Assembly (NCBI GenBank): GCA_030390025.1
Contig: CM059432.1
Location: 43,898,001-43,962,000 of the forward strand
Origin: Squalus acanthias
Lineage: Eukaryota
Direction of reading: 5' to 3'
DNA length: 64,000 bases
Shown here in pieces: positions 1 through 11,954 of the stretch. The notes beneath the pieces are model-generated. The model was not told the DNA's origin, searched no databases, and saw only the letters and a program-made list of their open reading frames with translations. The position numbers and the translations under genes were made by a program. Position 1 is the stretch's first letter. Every line of letters starts with the position of its first letter.

Positions 1-41
1 CTCCTCCATCCTCGCCACACTCGCAGTTACCCTGGATGCAA

Positions 42-1436
42 TGAAAGGATAATTACAAGTCCTAGCCCTTCTCGGGCTACCCAGATCAGGCGTATTCCCC
101 AGACGTTCACCTTCAACTAAAGTTAGCGGTAGCCGAATCCTATAAGATGCTTAATTGGGTCTAAAGGTCCGACTATCTCTCCCTAAAGGAAAGGAACAGC
201 CTGAAGATGTTACCGTCCTCCAGATAGCACTTTTAATAAGTTTAACTAGACTGTAACCTTCCGGATATTATGAGGGTCTGGAAAACCCCCCAGAATTCTG
301 CAACTCCTTACAAAAGAGTGTACAGAAATTGAGTTCACGAGATTGATACAGAAATACTCTGTGAGACAATTTTAAAATATATAGATTTATTAAAGAACCG
401 ACATGTAGTTAACAGCTGTTTATTTCAATCGCAACTTTAACAGTCCTAAATACAAATAGCTTACATTTCTTATCAGAGATCCTTACTCTCAAATCTTAAC
501 TTTGTTACATTTCCACACTTCTACTTATTTCTTAATCCAGAATATCCACCAAAATCAAATACCTTGATTACCCGAGACTCAGAGTTGTAGGCCTACAGAG
601 TGGTTCTGAAGGCGAGAATCGGTTGCCTTTCCAGTGACTTCTGACTTTCTGTCTGAAAAGCTCTATTTTTATAACTTTTTTAGTGGTTTATCCTTTGAAG
701 TTTTCTGCTGATGTAAGCTAATTATCTCTAGCCATACCTCTGTTGACTTCTTTCTTTCTTACTGTTAATTCAGCTGTTAGCTTTCAGAATTCTGTCTCTG
801 TATAGGTGTTTCAAAAACTTATATACAATAGTTATTACAGATTTATCTCTTTGATGCCATTCTTTCGAAGGTCTTCAATTCAATTCTTAATATTGGCTTA
901 ACTGCTTGTATTTCAGACTTCTCGTCTCCTTGTGTTCCAAGTTCAACACATAAACAATGTGATTGCTTTGTCCATCAATTGATGTAATATTTACAAAGTC
1001 TCCTGTTTGTACCTTTTACAATTTGTAAATCAAAAACACTTCATCTAGGATGTTCTTTGCATTTCTTAGCTACTTCAATTGGTTGTATATATAATCTTCT
1101 TTCCTGTTTCATTTAATGTTACTTTTACAAAGGCACATGATTTTTTAATGTTCTGTTTTTCTGTTCGATGTGTTAGTTTTTAACACTTTACTTGGGCATT
1201 GCTATTGTGTTGGTTCCAAACTACAGACTCCTTGGAACCAACTATTTGCTTCTTCAATAGGCCATTGTGTCAGTGTCAATAACCAATCTTTATCTCAAAA
1301 GCCTGTATGGTGTTTATAGCTTTGTGACGTTGAGGCTTTTAGATTTTTAAACCCAGTTTGTCATGTTTTAATAAAATCAGAATTCTGTTCATAGGATGGT
1401 GTATTTTTCCGAATAGGTTTGGCTCATTCCTTTACA
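42..1436 (-). mobile_element. Solo LTR (~1.4 kb) of an endogenous retrovirus or LTR retrotransposon
   Basis: TG...CA ends with a short imperfect inverted repeat (TGAAAGGAT / TGTAAAGGAAT). 4-bp TSD GCAA(38-41)/TCAA(1437-1440). Removing it restores the Harbinger exon. Minus-strand TATAAAA at 673-667 and AATAAA at 391-386. Confidence 0.85.
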
Positions 1437-4139
1437 TCAAAACCTGCCAGAGCCTCCTGCAATTGTTCCTGGAGTTCCAGCACCGCTCTATTTCTGGATG
1501 GCCCCAGAGGCACAGGGTCTACATGAAGCTGAGCAGAGCTAGGAGCGCCCTGTGGCCTCCGACGAGGACTCTCCACTGCTGTCCCTGTCTCCACCATCTG
1601 CTGATGCTCACTTGTGAGCTGTGAAACACCAGGTGACAACACTACTCTATCTCGCGAAGGCCCCACCAAGGTGTGCGTATCTGCACTGGTGCTGGGTGCG
1701 CTTAATTCTGCTGACGCTGCACCCTCAGAGGTTAGAATTAGACATGCCTTTAGAGGAAATTGCACAGGCCCTGACCATCATTTTTCAATCCTCTCTGTCT
1801 TCAGGTGTGGTGCCAGAGGACTGGAGGACTGCTAATGTGGTACCCTTGTTTAAAAAGGGAGAAAAGGATAGACCGAGTAATTACAGGCCAGACAGCCTAA
1901 CCTCGGTGGTGGGAAAATTATTGGAAAGAATTCTGAAGGATAGGATAAATCTTCATTTAGAAAGACACGGATTAATCAAGGATAGTCAGCACGGATTTGT
2001 TAAGGGAAGGTCGTGTCTGACAAACTTGATTGAATTTTTTGAGGAGGTAACAAGAAGGGTAGATGAGGGTAGTGTGTTTGATGTAGTGTATATGGACTTT
2101 AGCAAGGCTTTTGATAAAGTTCCACATGGCAGACTGGTCACGAAGTTAAAAGCCCATGGGAGCCAGGGCAAAGTGTCAAGTTGGATTCAAAACTGGCTCA
2201 GAGGCAGGAAGCAAAGGGTAATGGTTGATGGGTGTTTTTGTGACTGGAAGGCTGTTTCCAGTGGGGTTCCGCAGGGCTCAGTACTAGGTCCCTTGCTTTT
2301 TGTGGTATATATCAACGATCTAGACTTGAATATAGGGGGTATGATTAAGAAGTTTGCAGATGATACTAAAATCGGCTGTGTCATTGATACTGAAGAAGGA
2401 AGCTGTAGACTGCAGGAAGATATCAATAAATTGGTCAGGTGGGCAGAACAGTGGCAAATGGAATTCAATCTGGAGAAGTGTGAGGTAATGCATTTGGGGA
2501 GCGCTAATAAGGAAAGGGAATACACATTAAATGGTAGGACACTGAGTAGTGTAGAGGAACAAAGGGACCTTGGAGTGCATGTCCACAGATCCCTGAAGGT
2601 AGCAGGCCAGGTAGATAAGGTGGTTAAAAAGACATATGGAATGCTTGCCTTTATGAGCCGTGGCATAGAATACAAGAGCAGGGGGGTTATGCTTCAACTG
2701 TATAAAACACTAGTTAGGCCTCAGCTAGAGTACTGCGTGCAGTTCTGGTCACCACATTACAGGAAAGATGTGATTGCACTAGAGAGGGTACAGAGGAGAT
2801 TTACAAGGATGTTGCTGGGAGTAGAGAATCTTAGCTATGAGGAAAGACTGGATAGGCTGGGTCTGTTTTCCAACAGAGGAGGCTGAGGGGAGACCTTATT
2901 GAGGTGTATAAAATTATGAGGGGCATAGATAAAGTGAATAGAAAGGACCTATTTCCCTTAGCAGAGGGGTCAAAAACCAGGGGGCACAGATTTAAAGTAA
3001 TTGGTGGAAGGTTTAGAGGGGATTTGAGGGGAAATTTCTTCACCCAGAGGGTTGTGGGAGTCTGGAACTCACTGCCTGAAAGGGTGGTAGAGGCAGGAAC
3101 CCTAACCACATTTAAAAAGTACTTGGATGTGCACTTGGGATGATCTAACCTGCAGGGCTACAGATGAAGAGCTGGGAAGTGGGATTAGGCTGGATAGCTC
3201 TTTGTTGGCCGGCGTGGACACGATGGGCCGAAATGGCCTCCTTCCGTGCTGTAACTTTCTATGATTCTATGAGACATGTGATATTAATGCATCATGCACA
3301 TCGAATTGTGCAGATGATCATAACTCAATCTGCATGAGCATCAGATGCCATATCAGTCACATGCAATATAACTGAGAGGGATGCAAATCTATTCTGTCAC
3401 CAGCTTGCTCTACTGTGACCGTCTGACCGCCCTCCACTTCCAGCTCCTCAGCACCTCCTATGATCTCCAGAGCAGCCTCCTCAGCAGTGGTCAGCTGGGC
3501 AATGGAAGGTGGCCCTCCTCCTGTCCTGGCCCTCTCCCTCTTATTGTGGGCTCTCTTTTCCTGCAATGAGGGCCACAAGTGGAGTTTGAGTGAGAATGTT
3601 GGAGTGAGTGTAGAGAATCCATAGCATAGATGCTTAGAGGGAGACAAAGATGGAGTGAGATGCCAATACCAAGGGTCCTCCCTGTGCGTTGTTAGTTGTT
3701 GGCATTGCATAACAGTGATAGCGAATGTGAGGGGTGCATAGTAAAATAGTGAAGTGATTCTGTACATAGAGAGGGATGGTTAAGGGTGCAAGGGATGTAA
3801 GGGTAAAGTGGGATGTGCAGGAGTAGGTTGACAATGCAGAGTGCTGGTGATGAGAGGAGATGGGGAGCAGATTGAAGGTAAGTGTGATGTTATATTCATT
3901 TTTGCTGAGTGTACCAGGTCATTAAACCTTTTTCTGCACTGCACCCAGGAGCGAGCACACAAAGATCTGGAGCTCACCTCCTCAGCAATTTGCAGCCAGG
4001 CTGCATTGCTTTGCTGAGGAGGCTTCCTCCGTCCGGATGATGGGAACAGTACCTCCTGGTGCCCTCTCACTCCATCCACAAGAGCATGGAGGGAGTCATC
4101 ATCAAAGCGAGGAGAGGCCTTAGCTCTTGCAGCAGTCAT
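1437..4139 (-). pseudogene. Harbinger Myb/SANT-like (Myb_DNA-bind_5, NAIF1/MSANTD-type) gene, disrupted
   Basis: Exon 1 ~4139-3900 (PRFDDDSL...W..IAEEV...RSWVQCRKRFNDL) with mutated donor. Exon 2 3560-3401 (EKRAHNKRERARTGGG). Exon 3 remnant 1730-1437, continuing at 41-1. Confidence 0.85.
1747..3271 (+). mobile_element. 5'-truncated CR1 LINE (RT domain and 3' UTR)
   Basis: ORF 1621-2886 has CR1 RT motifs ([40 protein letters not shown]). (ATTCTATG)n-type tail. 7-bp TSD AGACATG at 1740-1746 and 3272-3278. Confidence 0.95.
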
Positions 4140-4410
4140 GGATACAATTTCAAAACGAGAAGTAACAGGAAAGGATGAAATTGAAACAACGCTGCATGGG
4201 CCCCTTAAATACAGTTGGCTGACAGACATCAGCAGAGGCGAGCAGCAGACCCGAAACCACTAACTGGGCCGGGTAGCACGCACGGAGACATTCAATAGGC
4301 CACTTAAGGCAAAATCGCAGTTTCTGACTGGCTGAAAGCGGAGGCAGGACCGGAACCTGCCGAACATCAAACCCGCACCCAACCCGCCTCCATTGATAAA
4401 ATCGCAGCCA

Positions 4411-4779
4411 ACGTTTCAGCTTGCTGTCATAACTGGAAAAGGTTAGAGATGTAACAGGTTTTAAGCAAGTACAGAAGCAGGAAAAGAGGGGAGATGGAGG
4501 ATTGAACAAAAGTGAAGGTCTGGGATAGGTTAGAATGCAGGAGTGATTAAATGACAAAAGGGACGATGGTACAAGGCAAAAGGAGGTGGTAATGGGACAA
4601 GTAATGAAACAAAAGATGGGTCGAGAGGAGCTGTAAATGGCAGCAGAATCATTACCAACAGCTGCTGCTGTCTGAAAAAATGGGGACAATGGTTATGATC
4701 TGAAATTGTTGAACTCAGTGTTGAGTCCGGAAAGCTATAAAGTGCCTGATTGAAAGATGAGATGTTGTTCCTCAAGCTT
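4411..4779 (-). mobile_element. Penelope-like element 3' fragment (endonuclease C-terminus and 3' UTR)
   Basis: Minus strand near 4779-4700 translates KLEEQHLIFQSGTL*LSGLNTEFNNFR, typical of a PLE GIY-YIG C-terminus. Ends in a degenerate ...GAAACGTT tail. Confidence 0.7.
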
Positions 4780-4905
4780 CGTGGGATATAAAGGGATGTG
4801 GAACCAGAGCTGGTAAATGGAGTTAAAATACAGATCAGCCATGTTCTAATTGAATGGCAGAACAGGCTGGAGGGACTGAATGGCCTACTCCTGTTCCTAT
4901 GTTAT
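4780..4905 (+). mobile_element. CR1 3' UTR fragment
   Basis: GATCAGCCATG...GAATGGCCTACTCCTGTTCCTATG matches the CR1 tails at ~45350-45450 and 26490-26580. Confidence 0.75.
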
Positions 4906-5767
4906 CATGTATAACTTTGATAATTAGTTGCTAATGGCTGTCAAGAATTTAATTAAAACAAATACTTAAGCTTGAAGGTTAAAAACGAAATGCTTTTCTT
5001 TAACCTCATGATGTCATTTTCCACTCATAGTTATTGCATATGTGAGAAAAAGAGATGAAGATGGAAAGACATAAGTGGATACAGATGTGGGATAAATATT
5101 TTTTACTAGTGTAAAGAGGTTCTTTGACCAGTAAATAATTCAGCCATAATGATAGATATTTTATTGATTATTATAATAGTTTCTTAAATGTTAAAAATAG
5201 AGCAGATAGAATGAACCTATTAGGACTGGGAATGAAGAAAGCGAAGAGAAAACTGAACACAGTTCATCAATATAACATTTTTTCCTAAATTTCATCCATG
5301 TCTCATGACACTTCATCGTGACACCGAGGTTTCACAATGGCCTTAGAAGCAACATTAGCTCAAACCCCAAAGGGCACAAAATCACCATGAATGTAGAAAA
5401 TTATGGATTGTTGACACTAAGCAAGAATATTGCAATTGAATGTACAAATGGCTTCATAAATCATAAGATCGAAGTCTGAATGGTTTATGAATATTACCTG
5501 AACCCTGAAGTTACTTTCGAGCTTCTTACTCACTTTCTAGCAGCTCCAATTAGGTTTCATACAATGTTAATGATGACACTTAAAAGCAGTGCTGAAATTA
5601 CACTGACTGCAAACACTGAGAAGATGTAGGGTAAGAATTCCTTTGGTCACTACGTGTAGCAACATCGTAAATGCGTTTGTGAAGATTTTCTCTGTTTAGA
5701 ATTTCTATCAAAATCTTAAATGTTTGTTTAGATCATATTTACGATCTAGCTAGAAATATATATATAT

Positions 5768-8700
5768 TTTTAATTCGTTTATGGAATCTGGGCGTCGCTG
5801 GCATGGCCAGCATTTATTGCCCATCCCTAGTTGCCCTTGAGAAGGTGGTGATGAGCCGCCTTCTTGAACCGCTGCAGTCCGTGTGGTGAAGGTACTCCCA
5901 CAGTGCTGTTAGGGAGGGAGTTCCAGGATTTTGACCCAGCGACGATGAAGGATCGGCGACATACTTCTAAGTCAGGATGGTGTGTGATTTGGAGGGAAAC
6001 TTGGAGGTGGTGGTGTTCCCATGCGCCTGCTGCCCTTGTCCTTCTAGGTGGAAGAGGTCGCGGGTTTGGGAGGTGCTGCCGAAGAAGCCTTGGCAAGTTG
6101 CTGCAGTGCATCTTGTAGATGGTACACACTGCAGCCACGGTACACCGATGGTGGAAGGAGTGAATGTTTAAGGTGGTGGATGGGGTGCCAATCAAGCAGG
6201 CTGCTTTGTCCTGGATGGTATTGAGCTTCTTGAGTGTTGTTGGAGCTGCACTCATCCAGGCAAGTGGAGAGTATTCCATCACACTCCTTACTTGTGCCTT
6301 GTAGATGGTGGAAAGGCTTTGGGGAGTCAGGAGGTGAGACACTCGCTGCAGAATACCTAGCCTCTGACTTGCTCTTGTTGCCACAGTATTTATGTGGCTG
6401 GTCCAGTTATGTTTCTGGTTAATGGTGACCCTCCAGGATGTTGATAGTGGGGGATTCGGCGATGGTAATGCCATTGAATGTCAAGGGGAGGTGGTTAGAC
6501 TCTCGCTTGTTGGAGATAGTCATTGCCTGACACTTCTGTGGCGCGAATGTTACCTGCCACTTATCAGCCCAAGCCTGGACATCGTCCAGGTCTTGTTGCA
6601 TGAGGGCATGGACTGCTTCATTATCTGAGGAGTGGTGAATGGCGCTGAACACTGTGCAGTCATCAGCGAACATCCCCATTTCTGACGTTATGTTGGAGGG
6701 CAGCTGAAGATGGTTGGGTCTAGGACACTGCCCTGAGGAACTCATGCAGCGATGTCCAAGGGATGTGATGATTGACCTTCAACCACCACAACCATCTTCC
6801 TTTGTGCAAGGTATGAATTCAGCCAGTGGAGCATTTTCCCCCTGATTCCCATTGACTTCAGTTTTACTAGGGCTCCTTGATGCCACACTCAGTCAAATGC
6901 TGCCTTGATGTCAAGGGCAGTCACTCTCACCTCACCTCTGGAATTCAGCTTCTTTGTCCATGTTTGGACCAAGGCTGTAATGAGGTTGGGAGCTGAGTGG
7001 TCTTGGCGGAACCCAAACTGGGCATCAGTGAGCGGGTTATTGGTGAGTAAGTGCCGCTTGATAGCACTGTCGATGACACCTTCCATCACTTTGAGAGTAG
7101 ACTGATGGAGTGGCAATTGGCCAGGTTGGATTTGTCCTGCTTTTTGTGGACAGGACATACCTGGGCAGTTTTCCACATTGTCGGATAGCTGCCAGTGTTG
7201 TAGCTGTACTGGAACAGCTTGGCTAGAGGCGCGGCTAGTTCTGGAGCACAAGTCTTTAGCACGATAGCCGGGATGTTGTCGGGGCCCATAGCCTTTGCTG
7301 TATCCAGTGCGCTCAGCCGTTTCTTGATATCACGTGGAGTGAATCGAATTGGCTGAAGACTGGCTTCTGTGATGGTGGGGACCTCGGGAGTAAGCCGATA
7401 TGGATCATCTACTCGGCACTTCTGGCTGAAGTTGGTTGCAAATGCTTCAGCCTTGTCTTTTGCACTCACGTGCTGGGCTCCACCATCATTGAGGATGGGG
7501 ATATTCTTGGAGCCTCCTCCTCCCGTTAGTTGATAAATGGTCCACCACCATTCACGAATGGACGTGGCAGGACTGCAGAGCTTTGATCAGATCCGTTGAT
7601 TGTGGGATCGCTTAGCCCTGTCTATAGCATGCTGCTTCCGCTTTTTAGCATGCAGTCCTGTGTTGCAGCTTCCCCAGGTTGGCACCTCATTTTTAGATAC
7701 GCCTGGTGCTGCTCCTGGCATGCTCTTCTACACTCCTTGTTGAACCAGGGTTGGTCCCCTGGCTTGGTGGTAATGGTAGAGTGAGGGATATGCCGGGCCA
7801 TGAGGTTACAGATTGTGGTGGAATACAATTCTGCTGCTGCTGATGGCCCACAGCGCCTCATGGATGCCCAGTTTGAGCTGCTAGATCTGTTCTGAATCTA
7901 TCCCATTTAGCACGGTGGTAGTGCCACACAACACGATGGAGGGTCTTCTCAGTGTGAAGACTGGACTTCATCTCCACAATGACTGTGCGGTGGTCACTGC
8001 TGCTGAAGCTGTCATGGGCTAGATGCTTCTGCGACAGGTAGATTGGCGAGGACGAGGTCAAGTAGGTTTTTCCCTCGTGTTGGTTCACTCATCACCTGTC
8101 GCAGGCCCAGACTGGCTGTTATGTCCTTCAGAACTCGGCCAGTAGTGGTGCTACCGAGCCACTCTTGGTGATGGACATTGAAGTCCCCCACCCAGAGTAC
8201 ATTCTGTGCCCTTGCTACTCTCAGTGCGTCTTCCAAGTGGTGTTCAACATGGAGGAGTAATGATTCATCAGCTGAGGGAGGGCGGTAGGTGGTAATCAGC
8301 AGGAGGTTTCCTTGCCCATGCTTGACCTGAAGCCATGAGACTTCATGGGGTCTGGAGTCAATGTTGAGGACTCCCAGGGCCACTCCTTCCCGACTGTGCC
8401 ACCACCCCTGGTGGGTCGGTCCTGCCAGTGGGACAGGACATACCCAGGGATGGTGATGGAGGAGTTTGGGACATTGGTTGAAAGGTATGATTCTGTGAGC
8501 TTGACTAGCCTGTGGGACAGCTCTCCCAATTTTGGCACAAGTCCCCAGATGCTGGTGAGGAGGACTTTGCAGGGTCGACTGGGCTGGGTGTGCCGTTGCC
8601 GTGTCCGTAGCCTGTGCCAAGGTCGATGCCGGGTGGTCCGTCCGGTTTCATTCTTATTATTTTGTTTCATAGCGTTTAGTTTTCACTGAGTGACTTGCTA

Positions 8701-8992
8701 GGCCATTTCAGAGGGCATTGATGTGGGTCTGGAGTCACATACAGGCCAGACCAGGTAAGGACTGGCAGATTTCTTTCCCTAAAAGACATTAGTGAACCAG
8801 ATGGGTTTTTATGACAATCCGGTAGTTTCATGGTTACCATTACTGATATTAGCTTTTTATTCCAGATTTATTTAATTAACTGAATTTAAATTCCCCAGCT
8901 GCCGTGGTGGGATTTGAACTCGTGTCTCTGGATCATTAGTCCAGACCTCTGGATTACTAGCCCAGTGACATTACCACTACGCTACCGTCCCC
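5768..8992 (-). mobile_element. Near full-length, ORF1-less CR1-group (Zenon-like) LINE: APE + RT, decayed, with tRNA-derived 5' head
   Basis: Frameshifted endonuclease (IWGLVPKLGEL..TESYL..IPGY..QDRPTRGGG; WVGDFNVHH; SDH) and RT (QFGFRQDHSA, LDIKAAFD, FADD, YKAQVRSVMEY). A-rich tail at ~5770. Zenon assignment is from recalled motif similarity. Confidence 0.85.
8893..8992 (-). promoter_or_regulatory. tRNA-derived Pol III internal promoter (A and B boxes) at the LINE 5' end
   Basis: Minus strand: GGTAGCGTAGTGG (A box, 8986-8974) and GAGTTCAAATC (B box, 8921-8911). Confidence 0.75.
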
Positions 8993-9046
8993 AGCTTTGC
9001 ACAGAGGAAAGCTTTACAATCCCATTTACAGTGTTGCTACACATAG

Positions 9047-10532
9047 TGTAGGGGGTGGTGGTTTGTGTGTCAGCTTCACCTCTGACTTCTGAGTGGTTCG
9101 AATCGTTCCCACTCCCTTGGTTCTAGACCTTGGACTTATTTGGGGGTTGTGACAAAAGTGCAGCAGACAACTGGTTTGGTGCAAGAACTTTTGATCTTTA
9201 TTCAAGAAAATAAAACACAACACAAACACTCTTAACAGTCTAAAAGTGGGGAACACTTCGGTACAAGCGAGGGAAATAACATTCGAAGAATACTTCACCC
9301 CTCCCAATCCCACTTCACTAGCAAGGTTGGACTCCAGAGGACCAGGGATGATACTCACCAGAATCCTTGACAGTTAGGTTAGTTCGCGGTTTTGGGGTTC
9401 ACTCTATATGTTGGTTGGTGTCTGCCGTACCCCGTACGCGGTAGAGGACTTCAACTGCGTATCTGGTCAGTCTTCGCGAGTCTGCTGATGCGGTAGGGTG
9501 CGTATTGGATCTATCAGGTGAGTACCCACTTTTCCTTGGTTTAGAAGTCGGGTTTAGAGTTTTTTAAGGGAAAATCTTACCCAGGGGTAAGTCAGGAGTA
9601 GATTGTAGAGTGGAAACTTTGCGGATCTTCGGTTTTTCTTCGAGTTGGTTTTCTTTGGTCGCGGTGGCCCAATCTTGGTACTTGATGTTTGGTTGGTTGT
9701 TTTTGTCAGGGCCTTGTTGCCGCGAGGTGTCCGATGGTCACTTAGACGGTCGTTCTGGTTTCTTCACGTGTCGGCCTGCTTCGTTGAATGGTCTGGCCTT
9801 CGAGCTGTCGACCTCCTGGCTGGACACGGAACGCTTAACAGTGGTGTTGTAGAACTGTGTTGCGGAGAATGCCTCCGTGGATGTCTTCTTGTTCTTCCTT
9901 CCTCTTCTTTTTCAGGTTGAGAACGGGCCTTCAATTATACCCATTGAAGCTCCCTTATCTGCGCGCCAAATCAGATCCCGGTCATTGTTAGATTTTGGCG
10001 GGCTCGTTAACGGTAACTTGTTTGTTAAGGTGTGAAGTGGTTTCGGGATGGCCCCATCCTGTCGATGTGCCACTTAATCGTAGTTGACTGTCCTCATGTT
10101 TTGGGTTTCTTGACTGGGCCTAGGATTTCTAAAGAGTAGGCCAAAGTAATCTGTTTTATGCTTGTCTTTAATGGGCTCTGTAAATTGGGGTGGAGACTGT
10201 TTTTTCCTCGGGTTTATTATAAGGATGTTAATGTCTGATAGGGGCTGATTTAACTCCCAGCGAGGTTACGCGGTTCCCCAGACAGTTTCCATTAGCTCCA
10301 ATACCCAAACTGTCTTTGCAGAGGTTGATCCCACCTCCCTTCACAGCCTTTTCTCCCTTACAAGTCCAGACATGTTTAAAAATACCAAATCTTGGTTTTT
10401 GCTTGAAAATGTCCTTCGGTTAGGCCCAATGCACTTCACCATCCTGTAATAGTTAGGAAAAGAGTCCCAAGTCATTTTCCTTAGGGTTTTTCTTAGAGTT
10501 TAGGGGGATCTGTGAATTTTGAGAATCTTACA
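9047..10532 (-). mobile_element. Solo LTR (1486 bp), second family
   Basis: TGTA...TACA termini. Perfect 4-bp TSD ATAG (9043-9046 and 10533-10536). Minus-strand TATAAT 9939-9934 and AATAAA 9202-9197. No coding capacity recognised. Confidence 0.85.
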
Positions 10533-10811
10533 ATAGTGATCAGAGAAATTCTTATTGTGAGGTCAATATGATTCACAGTAGGGTATAATAAAGGAACTAA
10601 TTTTCAGAACTAAATATGAATTATAAGGAAATTAAGAACATATGAATGCATTTTTCTCTGTGTGTAGAATTAAAGATTTTTTCACTAAACTGCCATTGAT
10701 TTGCAATAAAAATTTAGTAAAAGGTTTTTTCTTTAACCTGATATAGACAGGAAACTATATCCCAAGGTGTATATCTTTATGAAGCTAATTATCACGGGTT
10801 ACAAAGTTGAA

Positions 10812-11190
10812 GGGGGGAATTTAAACCTGAAAAAATGGGTGGGGAAGTTAAAGTATTAAAAATTTAAATCCCGACCCCAACCCGCCCACTTCCAGGTTTA
10901 ACGGAGGTGGGACAGGGGATGGGCAGCCAAGCCGCTGCCAGGAGGCAGGTTGGCACTTTAAATATGATAATGAGGCCCTGAAGCCACTGATTTAACCTGC
11001 TGCACAGGTTTAACTGTGGCCAGCCGGGGATCCCGGGCCTCAGGATTCCCGGTGACTGCAACAAGGCGAGAACAGCCTTGGGGAGCAATCCTTGTGGGCC
11101 AGGAGGAGCAGGAATGCTTCCTACCGGCCCCCCCCCCCCCCCCTCAAGCTCACCCACCATCAGCCCGTCCAATACAAACACCACCCCTCC
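10812..11190. mobile_element. Harbinger-type non-autonomous element end
   Basis: Starts GGGGGGAATTT followed by AACCCGCC subterminal motifs like the other Harbinger ends. Confidence 0.5.
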
Positions 11191-11835
11191 TCCCCTGGAT
11201 CGGTGATCGGACGTCCCCGGGGTCAGGGATCAGACACCCCCCCCCCCCCACCACCCGGTCCGGGGTTCAGAACCCCCCCCCCCACCCCTAGGGATCAGAA
11301 TCGCCCTCCTCCCATCCCAGGCTTGTAATCCCCTCCCAGGCTTGGAACACCCGCTCCCGGGCTCGGAACCACCCACCCCCCCGGGCTCGGGACCCCACAC
11401 ACACCGCCCCCCCCCCACCCCCCGGGCTCGGGACCCCACACCCACCGCCCCCCCCCCCACCCAACCCCCGGGCTCGGAACCCCACACCCACCCCCCCCAC
11501 CCTGGAACCCCACAACCACCCCCCGGGCTCGGAACCCTGCATCCCCCCCACCCCCCGGTCCGGGGTTTAGAACTTCCCCCCCATCCCTAGGGATCAGAAT
11601 CGCCCTCCTCCCATCCCAGGCTTGGAATACCCCCTCCCGGGATCGGAACCCCACCCCCCACCTCCCGGGCTCCGAACCCGACGCCTCCCCCCACCCACCC
11701 CCCGGGCTCGGAACCCTGCATCCCTCCCCCCCCCCACCCCCCGGCTCGGAACCCTGCATCGCCCCCCCCCCAACCCCCGGGCTCGGAGCCCCACCCCCCC
11801 AGGGCTCGGAACCCTGCATCCCCCTCCCCACCCCA
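11190..11835. repeat. C-rich minisatellite (core CCCCGGGCTCGGAACCC) with ~300-bp higher-order duplication
   Basis: Core recurs roughly ten times between poly-C runs. Block CGGTCCGGGGTT..AGGGATCAGAATCGCCCTCCTCCCATCCCAGGCTTG occurs at ~11256 and ~11556. Confidence 0.9.
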
Positions 11836-11838
11836 CAG

Positions 11839-11935
11839 GCTGGGGTTACGGGGATAGGGTGGGATATGTGTCGGTGCAGGCTCGATGGGCCGAAATGGCC
11901 TCTATCTGCACTGTGGGGATTCTGTGATTCTGTGA
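11839..11935 (+). mobile_element. 3' half of an HE1-like SINE (CR1-type tail)
   Basis: Near-identical to the reverse complement of 57640-57723; ends (GATTCTGT)n. Confidence 0.8.
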
Positions 11936-11954
11936 CTGCAGAGATGAGTTGAAG

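Larger units (their letters stand above)
1..4409 (-). mobile_element. PIF/Harbinger DNA transposon copy A (runs off the left edge; interrupted by a solo LTR and a CR1)
   Basis: Terminus at ~4409 reads GGCTGCGATTTT on the minus strand, like the GGGCTGGATTTT TIR of the 26800-30888 element. Contains Myb/SANT exons. Bases 1-41 and 1437-1730 align colinearly with 29322-29655. Confidence 0.85.

Noticed and set aside
1621..1746. N-terminal extension of the 421-aa RT ORF
   Set aside because: Antisense Harbinger exon 3 sequence upstream of the CR1 truncation point and TSD.
5570..5620. C/D-box snoRNA (ATGATGA...CTGA)
   Set aside because: Only ~50 nt, with no terminal stem or recognisable guide.
8893..8992. 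Functional tRNA gene (also 57745-57830)
   Set aside because: No clean cloverleaf or terminator; continuous with retroelement bodies.
11016..11927. Gly/Pro-rich ORFs
   Set aside because: Artefacts of the stop-free C/G minisatellite.
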